A DNA stretch of 64,000 nucleotides from contig NC_043003.1 in assembly GCF_006345805.1 (NCBI RefSeq), forward strand, positions 48,298,001 through 48,362,000. Reading direction: 5' to 3'. Both the position numbers and the translations under genes were made by a program. Positions 50,585 through 64,000 of this stretch are shown here, in pieces (position 1 is the first letter of the stretch; each line of letters opens with the position of its first letter). This DNA is from Octopus sinensis. Its lineage: Eukaryota. The notes beneath the pieces were generated by a model. That model did no database searches, was not told the origin of the DNA, and saw only the letters and a list, made by a program, of their open reading frames with translations.

Positions 50585-51659
50585 GAGAAATCATCTATAA
50601 GTGTAAATTACCAAAGCACATGCTCATTGAATTGCCCTTTTACTTTCTACCATGCCACTTATGAAAAAGGGGAGATAGAAGAAGTGACATGTATTTCATC
50701 AGTGAAAGCCCACAGAATAAATTCAATACAAAAACCAATGATCTTCCTTGCCACTGTAACTGCGGAAAATAGTCTCCTCCTCTGGAAGCCATCTACTCGC
50801 AATGCCAGAGGGCGCACACTCTCCTACCCTGATGTAATCTCCAGGGATACAGGCATCCAGCAACAAGATCTCCGTAATGCCATGATGGACCGTGAAGTCT
50901 GGCGTAGCATGTAAATTCCATTGTCTCGACCACAGTCGAACAATGATGATGAAATAGTTTATAAATTGACTAGTTCAGATGGAAAAGAAAAAAAAAAAAA
51001 AACCTGCCAAGTTTATAAGCGTCCAACTATTACTAATAGTTTTATCTATAGTGCTACCAATATAATAAACAAACCAAAATGGATCCTTTTAGATAAAAAG
51101 ATTCTACATGCCAAGACGAAAATACAAAGTGATTCAGAACAGTGAGGTTATTGAAGAGGATTTTCTTTAATATATCTCACTAGTTTAATCAACTAGTAAA
51201 TAGAATAGAGTAAAAATCACACTGTCTAATTCATAGAAACACAGACTTATGTATATTGTTTGCTTACCTGAAACGTGACCTGGAACGAGATCTTGAGTAA
51301 GGGCTCCTCCTGGACCTAGAAAAAGAAAGGGAGGTAATAAACTAAAATTGCCTCTTTTTCAATGAAATGACCACATATGGCAGCAGTAATTTACCAATAC
51401 ATGTCAACGCCTTCTGCTAAAAAGACCAGAAATACTAATCAATGATGAATAATTTGGTTATTTTCTTCTTCCTTTACCTCAAATTTTTAACCTGAAATGT
51501 ACTCTAGTACGCATTATATAGCTACCGCTAATATTCATTTTTGGGTTATTTTCAACTCTTGACTGAAACCAGCCACAAGACAAATTATTGACACCAACCT
51601 ACCTTGAGTAGCTTCTGTCACGGGATCTAGACCTGGAATAGCGAGAATCAGAACCGGAT
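47387..51659 (-). CDS. 3' part of an SR-related (RS-domain) nuclear protein; 4 exons; N-terminal exons not identified
   Basis: Exons 51659-51603 (SGSDSRYSRSRSRDRSYS), 51315-51268 (SRRSPYSRSRSRSRF), 49944-49495 (SYSRSRSPEKLSRSRGG...RSRSPSYDGSDLETGEISDHPMRKSRKMKVD) and 47471-47387 (SPSPDRSHAALSSRTSNPGRSDSDEEK*). All have pyrimidine-tract AG acceptors and GT donors; all introns are phase 2. Confidence 0.85.
48640..49205 (-). mobile_element. RTE-related 3' end (ORF end plus 3'UTR), minus strand
   Basis: Reverse complement matches gacctytggagatatgctg...gaagacc and the 3'UTR sub-repeats and tail. Confidence 0.7.
49495..49944 (-). CDS. RS-protein exon (450 nt)
   Basis: ctatattcag acceptor, CAG|gttagt donor; GC-richer open frame containing ORF 49479-49808. 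Confidence 0.88.
50750..50955 (+). mobile_element. RTE/RTEX-like LINE extreme 3' end
   Basis: LLLWKPSTRNARGRTLSYPDVISRDTG...DLRNAMMDREVWRSM followed by a gatgatga tail. Confidence 0.65.
51268..51315 (-). CDS. RS-protein exon (48 nt)
   Basis: ctttctttttctag acceptor, CAG|gtaagc donor; RS dipeptide run. Confidence 0.88.
51603..51659 (-). CDS. RS-protein exon (57 nt)
   Basis: tttacttcag acceptor, AAG|gtaggt donor; RS dipeptide run. Confidence 0.85.
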
Positions 51660-54528
51660 CTGAAGTAAATAGAATATAAAAAATTGCATTGGTTTTTTTT
51701 TCTTTTCTTTCATCTTCTTTTTGCATTGTTTCATTTTGTTTTTATACACTAGGTGGAAAAAAGACTTTCATTGCATAGAAATAGAGAAGAAGGATTAAAA
51801 GTAGATGGAGGGGATATTAAGTTAGCAACATAAAAAAAAAACAACATGCACACTTTACACTTTAAATGTATATTTTTAAGATTGGATGTAAATATTACAT
51901 AGCTAAAAATTGGAAAGGAAATTCAAATTTCAGAATTTGAATACATTAGCAAAAAATATATAGTAGCGATTTCTTTTGGCTGGGTATAAGGCCATTTTAT
52001 TCTAGAGGAGAGTAGTTAATTGAACTCACATCATAGCATTTATTTTATTGACTCCTCAGCAACAACAAAAAAAACCCAACAAAATTGACCATCATGACAA
52101 GAGTGGAACTCAGAAAGTAGAGGAATAAAACTAGATACTAGAAGCATCTGCTATGAGACAACTATTTCTGTAAACACAGTGCCATTTAATTAAATAAAAC
52201 AAGAAAAAACTTAGTAGAAAGATAAACAGTAAAAAAACAGAAAAGATAACCTTTTAAAAATCAATTCAAAGTCAGTAGATGAAAAGATTTCAAACCTTAG
52301 TCAAATTTTTCCTTATACAAACTGCACAAGATACCTAACTGAAATACAAACATTGTTGAAGATTTTCTTTCTTTAATACAAAAAGAGCAAGAGAAATGGT
52401 ATCTGGACAATGCAATAGAGGGTAAAAAACAAATGGTAAGGGGAGACAAACACTGATTATTGAAAAAGAGTAAACATTCTACTAGTTAAGTATGCACAAG
52501 ACAAACATTTCCTTGTAGTAATAACAACAATGAATCATTTAGAAAGAAATGAAGGCTAAAATCTCCACTAATAACCCAACATCAGCTGATTTAACATAGG
52601 AAATAATTTTAACTCACTGACTTAGCAAGTATTTCGACAAAAATGGAGGGGGTCAAAGTGTAAAATAGCCTCTCTCCTCATGTTTTTGAAAAAATTCAAG
52701 TAGTTTTAAATAGAAATGAGTGAAATATGTTTGAGAATGTCTAAGCACTGACTAGTGGTTCTTAAACAGTGTGCAATAAGGGCAGGTATCTAAGTGCATT
52801 GTGGATTTTACAAACAATAGATTAACTTATTTGAAAAAAGTATTATTCAATAATTTTGTTCTGCACAACTATTATTAACAGCAGCAGATAAGCCAGTTTC
52901 ACACTTTTTTTTCTATCTCTCTAAATTTCATATAGCTCTGGGCTTGGTCTTATTGTGTGGCACTGTGAGTAGCTTTGACAAGAGCTTCATTTAACCAACA
53001 CTTTTTGAATAGAATTTGGTAGGCAGAAGTATGGTGAAACCCTGTCATAAATATGTATATCTTTTGCTGATGAATATCACCTCCACCCCACCAAAAAGAA
53101 AAACTGTTTCTTAAATGATGCCCTTTGCACTGAGTTGTAGACACCCCTTTGCCACTCACTGTTTAAAGATGCAGTGAGCCAATGGAAGCCTACAATAAAA
53201 TGATGTTATGGTTCATAAATTATGCACTAAATCCAACAGTTCTGAAATCTGAAACATTACTGTTATAATTATTGAATGTTGATAAACAAAACTCCAGGCT
53301 CAAGAGTTGTATTGTATGCTTTATATTAGTAGAGTAGCAGCAAAAATGTATACGAAGTATATTACCAAAACATCCATGACAACTGACAGATAATTCACTT
53401 TGCTGTTATTTTGAATTAAAATGCAAAACAATAACATCCTTCTTTCTGTTGTTGGAAAATAAAATGCTATAGAGAATTCAATTAACTATACACCAACTCT
53501 TACCACCAAACTGGGCTTGTTACTCATCAAAATATTATTATTACCATTAGTACTTTAATTATTGTTGCTGTTATTGTTATTATTATCATTATTATAAGAA
53601 AAATAAATTACATAAAAGGAAATCACCAAAACTAATAAAAGACTAAATGCCGAAGTTGTCAAGGTGAAAAGAAGAGGAATTAAGTAAAAACGAACCAAAT
53701 AGATTTCTGTGTAATAAAAGTCTCCACTGAAGGAAACCAAGCAACAACAAGGAACCAACTCAAATACTCCAGCAAGGCACCTCACTTAGCTTACACAAGA
53801 AAATCCATTAATAACTATATGAGAAATGTAATATATATATATATATATATGTAAGTATATACACAATCCTTATGCCATAATGCTATCTACTGAATAAGTG
53901 CAAATGTCCAAAGAAAGAATTGTCGACCTAGCAACAGAAAACTAAGAGAAAAAGAATTTTTTTAAAATTCAAGCCGTACTGAGAGTATCCCAGTTTGAGA
54001 AATGATATACCACATCCCTACATGTTGTAAGAGGTGACTAAAAGGGCTGGTAACAGGAAGTGGTTATGGTGTAAAAACCACAGCCTTATAGAAACCATCC
54101 CAAACCGTGTCGGAATGGAAAAATGGGATGATGATGCTAAGTTATCAGATCTGTTATCATTACCAATTATTAAAGGAATATTTCTTGACAGAACACTGCT
54201 GCCAGCACACACTGCAAAGGCTGTGGGTGGTGGCAATGGTGGTCATGGGGCACAGGTTTAACAATATACATCCCAGAACATACTACTAGGCAACAGAAAC
54301 GTCATAATATCACCATCAGCATGCAATGAATGAAATAGTTTAGCAACTGTAAAAAGACAGTTATCATTAATGCCAAACCAAAATTGCACAGAACATGAGA
54401 AGCATGCAGAAATCTGGGAACCACATAGGTTTAATTTTAATTTTCAAAAAATAAATTGTTTTGGTTATATATTACCAGTGTTCAAAACAGAAAATTAATG
54501 GAATTTGAGAATAGCAAAATATTTTTTA

Positions 54529-54720
<192 letters not shown>

Positions 54721-57151
54721 TCCTGTGAAACAATTTGCTTTTTAAATGATCAAACTTATCTGAGCCAGACTGTATGGCAAGACTTGGGGAGCTTGTGTGC
54801 AGAGGATGCAGTCTATCAAATGGTCTCAGTCTAATTCATAGCTCACCTTACAGCAGTATTGGTGTGATCTTCCCTGGAATAGATGAAGTAGCAGTGCATA
54901 GAATACTAATATGAACAGCGAAGGAGGAGTCATTAGCAAAAGAAGGGTGTGGAACTACATTATATAAATGTATATGGAGAAAGATAGCGATAACTGAACT
55001 GGAAATCTTTCCATGTATGTCACAACTATAATTACTACAAATGTTACTATAAGAAGTTGCAAAGAATTGCCAAGACAGTTTTAGGACAGAATTTTCAATG
55101 AAAGAAAGAAGAAAATGTTTAATTTTCAAGCCAACAAAAATAGATATATGATCCTGAATGAACTAACTAGACCATCTCAATTTATCTGATGCAAAATTGA
55201 AGGATTTTTCAATGAAAAATGAGAAACTTTCTAATTTAAAGTACTAAAAACCTTAAAGAACTTAAGTTTTAAACAGCCCACACCCCAACTAAATTTCCCT
55301 AAAAACTTTTTGCTTTTAAGAACAACCTAGCAAAGGTAAAAGGGGTTTCAATTATCTGAAAATAAATTATTCTCAGTGAATAGAAAGAGCAAGCTCATTT
55401 CATTTGAATTTTTCATAGAAAATAACCAGCATTCAATTCTATCTTGTATAATATAAGCAATGAAGTTGAAAGAAAATATAATTTAAAGATCATGTTTCCC
55501 TAATTCTCTTGGCATTGATGTGATAAAATTTGAAACCCTAACAAACCTCAAATAGCAGACATCTGAGAATTGGTTTCTTAAGTGTGATTGCATGCTGAGA
55601 AGTCTAAATTAGAACATCACAATGCAGGAGAATCTACCACATGAGCATCTGTAACAAGTTATAGATGATGGGACTGACAATTGCTCATTAATATGGGGGA
55701 AGATGTCATGTGCAATTGATTAAATACATACTCCTACCATATGCAGAATTTAGGGAAATCAAATGGGTTAACAGTTAATTATTGCAGTCAACAATAGAAA
55801 ATCAAATACCACTGAATTAACAAGGAAATTGCACAGAACACAAAAGAAAATTATACAAAACATAAAAGAGACAATTGAACAAAACGATTTATTCTTTTAT
55901 CACAAGTAGAAAAAACAAAAATAAATGGAAAATAAGAGAGCTAAAATGTCAATGAACTATACAGCAGTAAATATCTGTTGGTCTATGTTCCAAGTAAATT
56001 TAAAACAAAATCTCACTCAACTACATTTTTTAAAACAAGATAATATTGCTATTGTTTCATGATACTCAGGAAATCAGCTAGGGTGAAAATATATTTACCA
56101 ACAACCAATTAAGAACACCTTTTAAAAAGAAATCAGGAAGGAAAATCATTTGATGATTTGAAACATAAAAAACACAAATTGGATCAAACCACCAATTCTA
56201 AATGGTACTAAATAAATAATAATAAATAAAGGTAATGACTACTGTAAGCACAAGGCTGAAAATCCGATGGAGGGGGCAATTGATACAATTAACTCCAATA
56301 CTTGATTGGTACTATATTTTATTGACCCCAGAGGAACGGAAGGTAAAATTACTTCAGTGGAATTTAAACCCTGAATATAAAAACAAATACTGCAAGGCAT
56401 ATTCTGCTGAATAATAATTTCTTACATGGGCTCAGGGCTAGAAATTTGGGGGTGGTGTTGGGGTAGATTAGTTAATTACTGGCTAGTGCTATATTTTACC
56501 AACTCTGAAAGGATGGAAGACAAAGTTGACCTCTGTGGTTTGAACTCTGAATATACAAATACCACAAGGCATTTTGTTTGATGCTCTAACAATTGTGTCA
56601 TTTCGCCACCCAAATAATAATGATAACAATAATAATAATAACAACAAGTGTGCATGAAAAAACATTCTGGAAAAGTTCACAGGTTTTTTTTTTATTTTTA
56701 TTTCTACGGATTAAAGCAATTTTAAGAAAGAAAAAGAAATAATCATACATGTACGTAACATTGAATCATCTTGATACTTACCTACAGGTAATGAAATATT
56801 CTAGACAACAGAAACAGTATGGGGATATGCAAAAGTCTTACCAGTAACAAAAAAAAAAGTTTAAAAAAAGACAAATTAAGAGGTTTTTAAATGGTAGTGA
56901 GGAGGTATAGGGGTGGATTTAATGATATTGCTTTCCTTAGCTCAAATTATAGGTAGACTTATCGCAAAGCTGTCCAACCAGGCCCAAAACAACTAATGGG
57001 GGTTAAAACATCCTTACATTGCAACATAAGATTGAATGCACAGAATTACTTCTAATGACCATGTCAGTTTAGATAAATAGTTCCATGTTTTGTTTGGATT
57101 GATCTTAGTAAAGATTCAAGATTATGTGTAGAGTCTAAAGACATATATAAC

Positions 57152-57194
<43 letters not shown>

Positions 57195-60100
57195 CACACA
57201 CACACGTTAGTATACATACATACACATATATGTGTGTGTGTGTATGTATGTATATATGTATATATATATATATATGCACATACTGGCAGTATGTGAACAT
57301 ATGCATCAGTCACAGACATAAAGAAAGTGAGGGATATGATTGTGTGAAAAAGCTTTCCTCCTACAAAAAGAAATTTTATATATGATATGGCAGTCAGCTT
57401 AAATTAATAATTAATTGAAAGAATTAATTATGAGTTAAAATTAATACAAAAAAGATTATAGAGAAAATGAAAGAGAAGATATGGGTGGAGGGAAAGTTAT
57501 TAGGGATTTGGAGTAGGTGCCAGGTGAAGAGGTTGAAATTCGAACAAAAACAATCGAGACTGGTAATGAACAGAAATAACGGAGAGTATGTATGTGTGTA
57601 TGTAAGTGCGTGTGTATATATATATATATTTTTGTGCCTGTAAATAAACACACACACGCATATACATATATATATAAAAATATATATGTACACATACATA
57701 TGTGCATATACGTAAATATACATATATGTATATACACACAGACACCAATACACACGAAGGAAGGAAATCAACTTCTCTGATATCACAGCTTAAGATGTTT
57801 TACAGAAGGGGGAGGAGACAATTGAAAAAGGAAATCCCACCCCCTTATGAAAATAGATAATATATGATGCAAATACATTTTTCTTTTTTTTTTTTTTTTA
57901 AAGATCTTGTGACTTATTGATAACTGTGAAAAGAACAACAATTAGATAAGGCCAGCACAACTGCACAGCAAGCATAAGAACTAGACAGTTTGCATTGTTG
58001 ATATAAATCATTTTTTTTTTACAGCTTTAGTTTGTTAAGAGAAAATAGAAGGGAGGGAGAAAAAAAATTGAATTAAAAAAAAAAAACAGAAACGAAGATG
58101 TTTATTAATAGTAAAGCAATTGTTAGTGTTACTCTCTGGGCCCAAGCAAAGTTCAATAACAACATTAATGGCTGTTTTATAATGATGGAAATGTCTATTG
58201 TTTAAATATCTTAAAACTATTACCAACCCAGTTGCCAGGACTTAAAAGAGAATCTTTCAGTAGTATTTTGTGTGCCCCTGTTGCATAATTGTTTGCAGTT
58301 AGCTTTCTAATACTCCCTGCATTAAATATGTTAGCAGTGACATAAACGAGCTTCTACAGTCTGACACCAAGTCGTAGGACTTAAGGATTTGTAAGAATGA
58401 TTCTCTTACCCTCTTTTGAACTGGAGAAAAAACAAGGGTTGAGTACAGTACAGCAAAATCAGAAGCATACTGAAGTGAGCTTCTACATATGACTTGCTAG
58501 ATATAGCAACTAAATCTCCTTCAAATCATATCTATTGTCTTATGGTGGTCATTGTCTAGAACACTTCTGACCATAGAGGCACCCAGTCATGGCAGACAAT
58601 GAACTGTAAACACCCTTAAAACCTGTATATGATACTTTGTGGAGGAAAATACTATTGAGATACAAGTGAACTGTCAGGATCATAGAACAGCACCAATGAC
58701 AGGTAGGCAAAAAAACTCCTCCTGACTCAACCAGTTGTAACTCTTGCACCTGACATCTAAAGATTATTCAGTTCTAAGGATCATCACCTTCAGTAAAAAA
58801 TAAACTTTACCTTCCCCATAATTTTGTAAATCATGGTCAACCAAAGCTTTTAATCTTAGATTTTGATTCCAATGGACCCAATAATTATTATGAGCACATA
58901 GAAAGCCCAATTCCTCTTTACTTCTAAATAGATTGATCTATCAATATGACACCCAATTTCATTACAATACTAAATTCCATTTTCACAGTAAGACCTAACT
59001 CATTGAGGTTCATATTAACAATCCAACAGCTTTATCTCCCTTCCTCTCCAAAATCCCCCCCCCCCCGTCTCTATCAATAAACCATACAGACAATTCCCAC
59101 GATTTGAGCTGAACTATCAAAGCAAATGTATTCATTAGCCACCTTTTCAAAATGATCATCAGCTATATAAACTGCTATTAAACTAGGTATATTTAGTTTA
59201 AATAAACACACACCAGTGGTAACTGTTTGAAAATTTAAGTTTAATATCTCCATTTTGCAAGCATTCAGACAAGACCCACTGTTTCAACTCAGATTTATCC
59301 AATATATATTCAGGCTATGGACCGGTCACAATCTCATCAACTTGAAAGACTGCTACGGCCAAAAGTAATTGCCCTTCAAGAATTTTCCCATAGTTAAATC
59401 TTTGCACTTGAATTGCAAAAAAATATATGCAAAATATTTAGTAGTTGGTGAACATGGGGTCTATGACATTAAAGTCTGATAGGTTAATGAAACAATATTA
59501 CTGCAGCAGCCAATCTTACAGAAGTAAGATTTATAGGTTCAGACTTTACACACCTTAGTTGGGAATCTATTGTATAAGTGTTTATTTTATTAATTTATGA
59601 AAGATGAAAGGAAACTCAGGCAAGATTCAAACAATATTAAATACTGTAAAGCATTTTAACCAATGCTCCAAACTCACTGTCCACCCACATGTCATTAGTT
59701 CTTTACTAAAGACTATATATTTGTAGCGAAAGAATATAACTAGATCTACCTGACTAATATGAACTTAGAATTTAGGACAAAGTTAGCTATTCTCCTACAC
59801 TAGCATTTCTACTAGTTAACTGCATTAAAAAAATTTTTTAAACTACTAATAATAATAATGCAATACCAGGCACTGGCTCTCATGGCTTCTGATCTTAACC
59901 GATTGGAAGTGTTATCATGTAGATGTTTTGTCTTGGTGTAAAAGACAGACTACAGCACATATTCTGCTCGACGCCACAGATTTACTTGTCAGTTGTTTGA
60001 CCATAACCAGTTGAGGATGTCCCTTGGTGGTTGATGATATGTGCATCTCTGATCATAAGCAGAAGCAGTAGGGGAACATCATAGCCATGTGTTGAAAGGA

Positions 60101-61945
60101 ATTCTTTGAGGTTTGGATAATTCACCTCTGGAAACATGGGGGTTTTCATTCAACATCCTTAAGCAACCTTTCCTTATTCAGGGACCTTTTGAGCACGATG
60201 GACTACTCAACTTGAAGAAAATTCTAACCGGGCCCCAATGCAAAGTCACACATTGTTTATTTTGATGTGGATCACCATGTTGCACACATGGTTGTGATGC
60301 ATGTGCTTGATGTACCCTTACCAGACAGGTAGTCATAATGGGTATACTGGGGTTCATATATTTGTGCCCCAGTGTCACTGATGGCAAGCACTGCTCTCTA
60401 ACTCAATAATAATAAGTATCAGTCAAACACTGGAGTCAATATAACTGACTAGCACTTCCAAATTTCAGGCCCTCTGCATATAATAGAAAGTAAAATAATA
60501 AAGGTTTCAAATTTTGACACAAAGCCAGCAATTTTGGGGGAAAGAGGCTAGTCAATTAGATTGACCCCAGTGCTCAATTGGTACTTATTTTATTAACCCC
60601 GAAGGATGAAAGGCAAAGTCAACCTCAACAGAATTTGAACGAAGAACGTGAAGATGGATGAAATGCCACGAACACACATTACTTAGTGACAAGAGTCTGG
60701 CTGCACTTAGAAACATATGCAACCTGACTTAACATATAGCAACATCTTAATATGCATTTCCAGATGGCTCACCATTTCTCTTCATAATGGCAGCTCCTAA
60801 GCCTACAGACAGTTACAGATGACAGCTATAAACTTACCTCACTATGCTCCTAATGCCTGGCAACTGCTACTTTTGACAGCTAAAACACACCCTCCTCACC
60901 TGACAGCCATAAGTAATTGAACTTTGCTTCCAGATATCCAGTAAGTTAGTGTGTGTATATATGTATGTGTGTGTGTGTTAGATCACTTTATTCAGCTACT
61001 TGTAAACATTCCAGTGTTTTGTTTCTCTCTCTCAGACACTACAGGTTTTAAAGACACACAAGGAACATTCTAAACAATAGGATGGTTATGGTTGAATGCT
61101 TTTGAACAGGGTTCACCAAAGGTTAAACAACAACAAAAAACAACAATGAGTGAGTGAACACCACAAATATCAGAACAAGTTCCTCAAAATTGCCATTTAT
61201 GGTTCACACTTCAGACATAATACTTTTTACTATTCAGACAAAAAGTAATATGCATCTCTGTGACACAAACCCAGAAATGTTTAAAAAAGACTCACAGCAA
61301 ATAATATTTTAAATACTAGCTTGGTTCAAAGAGTCACAACATTGGCTTAACCAATATATGAACTGAAGAACTGCAGCCCAACATCTTAATCAAGTACATT
61401 GTTCTTCAAATACGAAGCTATGAAAATGTTGAGTGAGTGTAATAATCCTAGGCAATCAAACTTTGTATTTATTGAACTATTTCTTGCTAGCATTTTGTTA
61501 ATTTTGGCCAACATTAATCATTCTACACCCTCTCATTTCAGACAGATACAAAAGGAAAATGAAGATCTTTGTGTGTGAGAGGGCAGGCAGCAGATGTGGG
61601 AAATTTGCCATATCCACATAAAAAATCCTGGATCTAGAACTTTACCAGAACATACTGTGGTCTTGATAAATTCAACTGAACTTCCATGATTTTCCTTTAC
61701 CTTCAATTTCTTCCTTTACTCATTCTGCTCACATTAATTTGTTATTTTATTTCTAAGAATTTTATTCCAAAATAACACATTCCTTTCCTCTACCTTAGAG
61801 AATTCTCCCCACAAATTGCAATCGTAATACGTTTTTAAGAGATGAAGCATCCTGTTTTCTCTATAGCAATATTAAAATGATGATTAAAATAGGTCGTATA
61901 TATGTGTGTGTGCATATATACACACACACGAACACGGCATGTATG

Positions 61946-61979
<34 letters not shown>

Positions 61980-64000
61980 CACACACTACATACAGACATG
62001 TACACAAAGTGTGCATGCTCTTACCATGAAGTGTATATTATTTTATGGCATGAGCACATAACCACATTTATGAATACATTCTGTCCATCTTTGCTTTCAT
62101 AGCTCGATGCATGGTAGGCTCTGTTGGTACTGCTATAGTGCTGAAGAACAGGCTACATCATATATTGTGTTCGGAAACTTTTGCATCCTAGAACAGAACC
62201 CACTCGAATTGAGGTTATTGTCAGAGACAACGAGAAATTAGGAACAACCACAGCAAATGTGGAACAGAGATATCTGCATGGTGCTGCAAAACACATCTCA
62301 GTTGCAATCACTTGAAAAAGATGTGTTTTATATATGCCATCCATACATACACATATCCCAAACACTATTGCGAGATCATGGGTTCACTTCTTCAATTCTC
62401 AGACTGGGTGGTGTGTTGTGTAATGAGCAAAACATTTCATCTTACATTGCTCTGCAACCACTGACATCTGGTGTGTGTCACACAGTACAGCTGTACAGGT
62501 AATGTTGATTTGATCACTAAACTAATCATCTGTGCAGTTTGTTCAGCAAGAAATTGCAGAATCATCTTTCTCAGACTCAAAAGACTACCCTTATCCCAAA
62601 CACACATACATACACACTCAAATGTGTGTGTGTGTCCTGAAAATGGAATGAAGAAGCATGACAAAGGGGAGGAGGAGTTGATAACCAATGCCAGTGTGGG
62701 AAAGTAGACATAAAATATATATATGTAATATTTATGTAAAAACTGAGGGGCTGAGTAATGATATTTTGAAAATATTTTCAGCTTTCCATTCAAACTCTGA
62801 ATTAAGGACAACCTATCTCAGCAACATTTATTTAGTAATGGGCAATAACATTACTAAGTCAGCGGTTTTGAATTTCAGTTAGACCATATTCTTGGAGTAT
62901 GAGAAAGACATTAAAATAAAAAGTGTCAACTGCCAAAACCTGAGACAATATTATGAAGAACACGTTTAAATGAGATAACTCATCCAAGAGTAGAAACCAT
63001 ATTAGAAATGGTTTTTTCCAAAATCTTAATTTTGGAGTATTGGCACCTTATAGGAGGTACACAAAGATACAAAACCAAATTTATATAACAACAATGTAAT
63101 ATAGCTGTAACTGATCAAAGCAGTAGTCAATTTTTTTTTTAGCAAAAATCTTACAGCATAAAGAAAGAATCCCCTAACCAGCAGTTTGTTCAATCTTTCA
63201 TTTCTGAACTTGCATTTGGTACAAAGTATGTCAAAGCTGGCTGCATCCAATGTAATTTATACTAAATATGATGCATGCTAGAATTATCACAGGTGTCCAC
63301 AGACACACCAACCTAGATATGATAGTTTTTACTTTGTCTTTGCATTAGTCACTTGCCTAACATACTGAACGCAATAGTAGACTAAGAGAAAATGCATCAG
63401 TTTAGCAATCAAGGGCCGTTAGCTTAGTTTCAATTTCTATCAAAGGAAGACAAGGAGCTGACACTAGGAGTTACACACAAGTTAAACACAAACTAAACTG
63501 GTAAAAAGGTGCAATTAATTGAAAACTAACACAGGAAACACTTTGGAACCGAGAGTAAACACTGAAAATACACAGTAGTGAATAGAGCATTTTGAAGAAT
63601 ATGGTTTTAAGTATTAAGTTGCTTGCAGGGAAGAAAGTTAGGCAAACAGTTTAGCATATAGCAAAGTAAAAGAATATATATGTAAAAGAAAAAGAAAAAA
63701 AAAAAAGAAAAAAGAGGAAAAAAACTATTGTCACATAGTTCTATGCTGGCTGCGGTGTGCTGAGGAACAGGGCCAAAATGAACGTTACTTACGAGGACAA
63801 GCAACTAGCCTAGTACATAGTCCCAATACTAGGTGACGTGACTTTTGTGAAAATGAAACCAGCAGGAGAGGTTATATTGCGTGGTCAGGGATTGACCATT
63901 GGTCAGTCGAATAATATCACGTAAAAGGTGCCATGTGTTGCACCTACACATGTTGGTATGAGAGGAGAGGGCTAGGGTTGATGGCCTTCGGACTCCTCAA

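Noticed and set aside
54034-54261. 75-aa plus-strand ORF and its antisense ORF
   Set aside because: No recognisable motif, no convincing splice sites; lies in the SR-gene intron
60925-60947. Plus-strand cttccag-ATATCCA-gtaagt microexon (similar motif near 30575)
   Set aside because: No supported plus-strand gene at 60.9 kb; 7-nt length would frameshift; such motifs are expected by chance

Overview
AT-rich eukaryotic genomic DNA dense in microsatellites and retroposons. The repeat families look like those of an Octopus genome; this is my recognition, not a database result. There are two convergent spliced genes. (1) On +, 14 coding exons (1408-31692) join with canonical AG/GT ends and consistent phases into the C-terminal ~585 aa of a transmembrane channel-like (TMC) protein of the TMC4-8 type; the 5' exons lie outside the window. 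(2) On -, four exons (51659 down to 47387) encode the C-terminal Arg/Ser-rich region of an SR-related protein whose N-terminal exons I could not find. The rest holds RTE and CR1/L2 LINE fragments, Tc1/mariner remnants and MITEs, several tRNA-derived SINE families, TTAA-flanked MITEs, two minisatellites and many fold-back (inverted repeat) structures. The most notable observation is a complete type I hammerhead ribozyme fold at 29268-29340. It lies in sense orientation in the last TMC intron, inside a Penelope-like inverted-repeat element. A separate tRNA-headed SINE family carries a degenerate minimal hammerhead in its tail. Also notable are a TMC pore-region motif changed from EFD..GNVL to KFN..TTTL, and a 48-bp satellite with higher-order structure that seems to derive from the 3' end of a Tc1 transposase.
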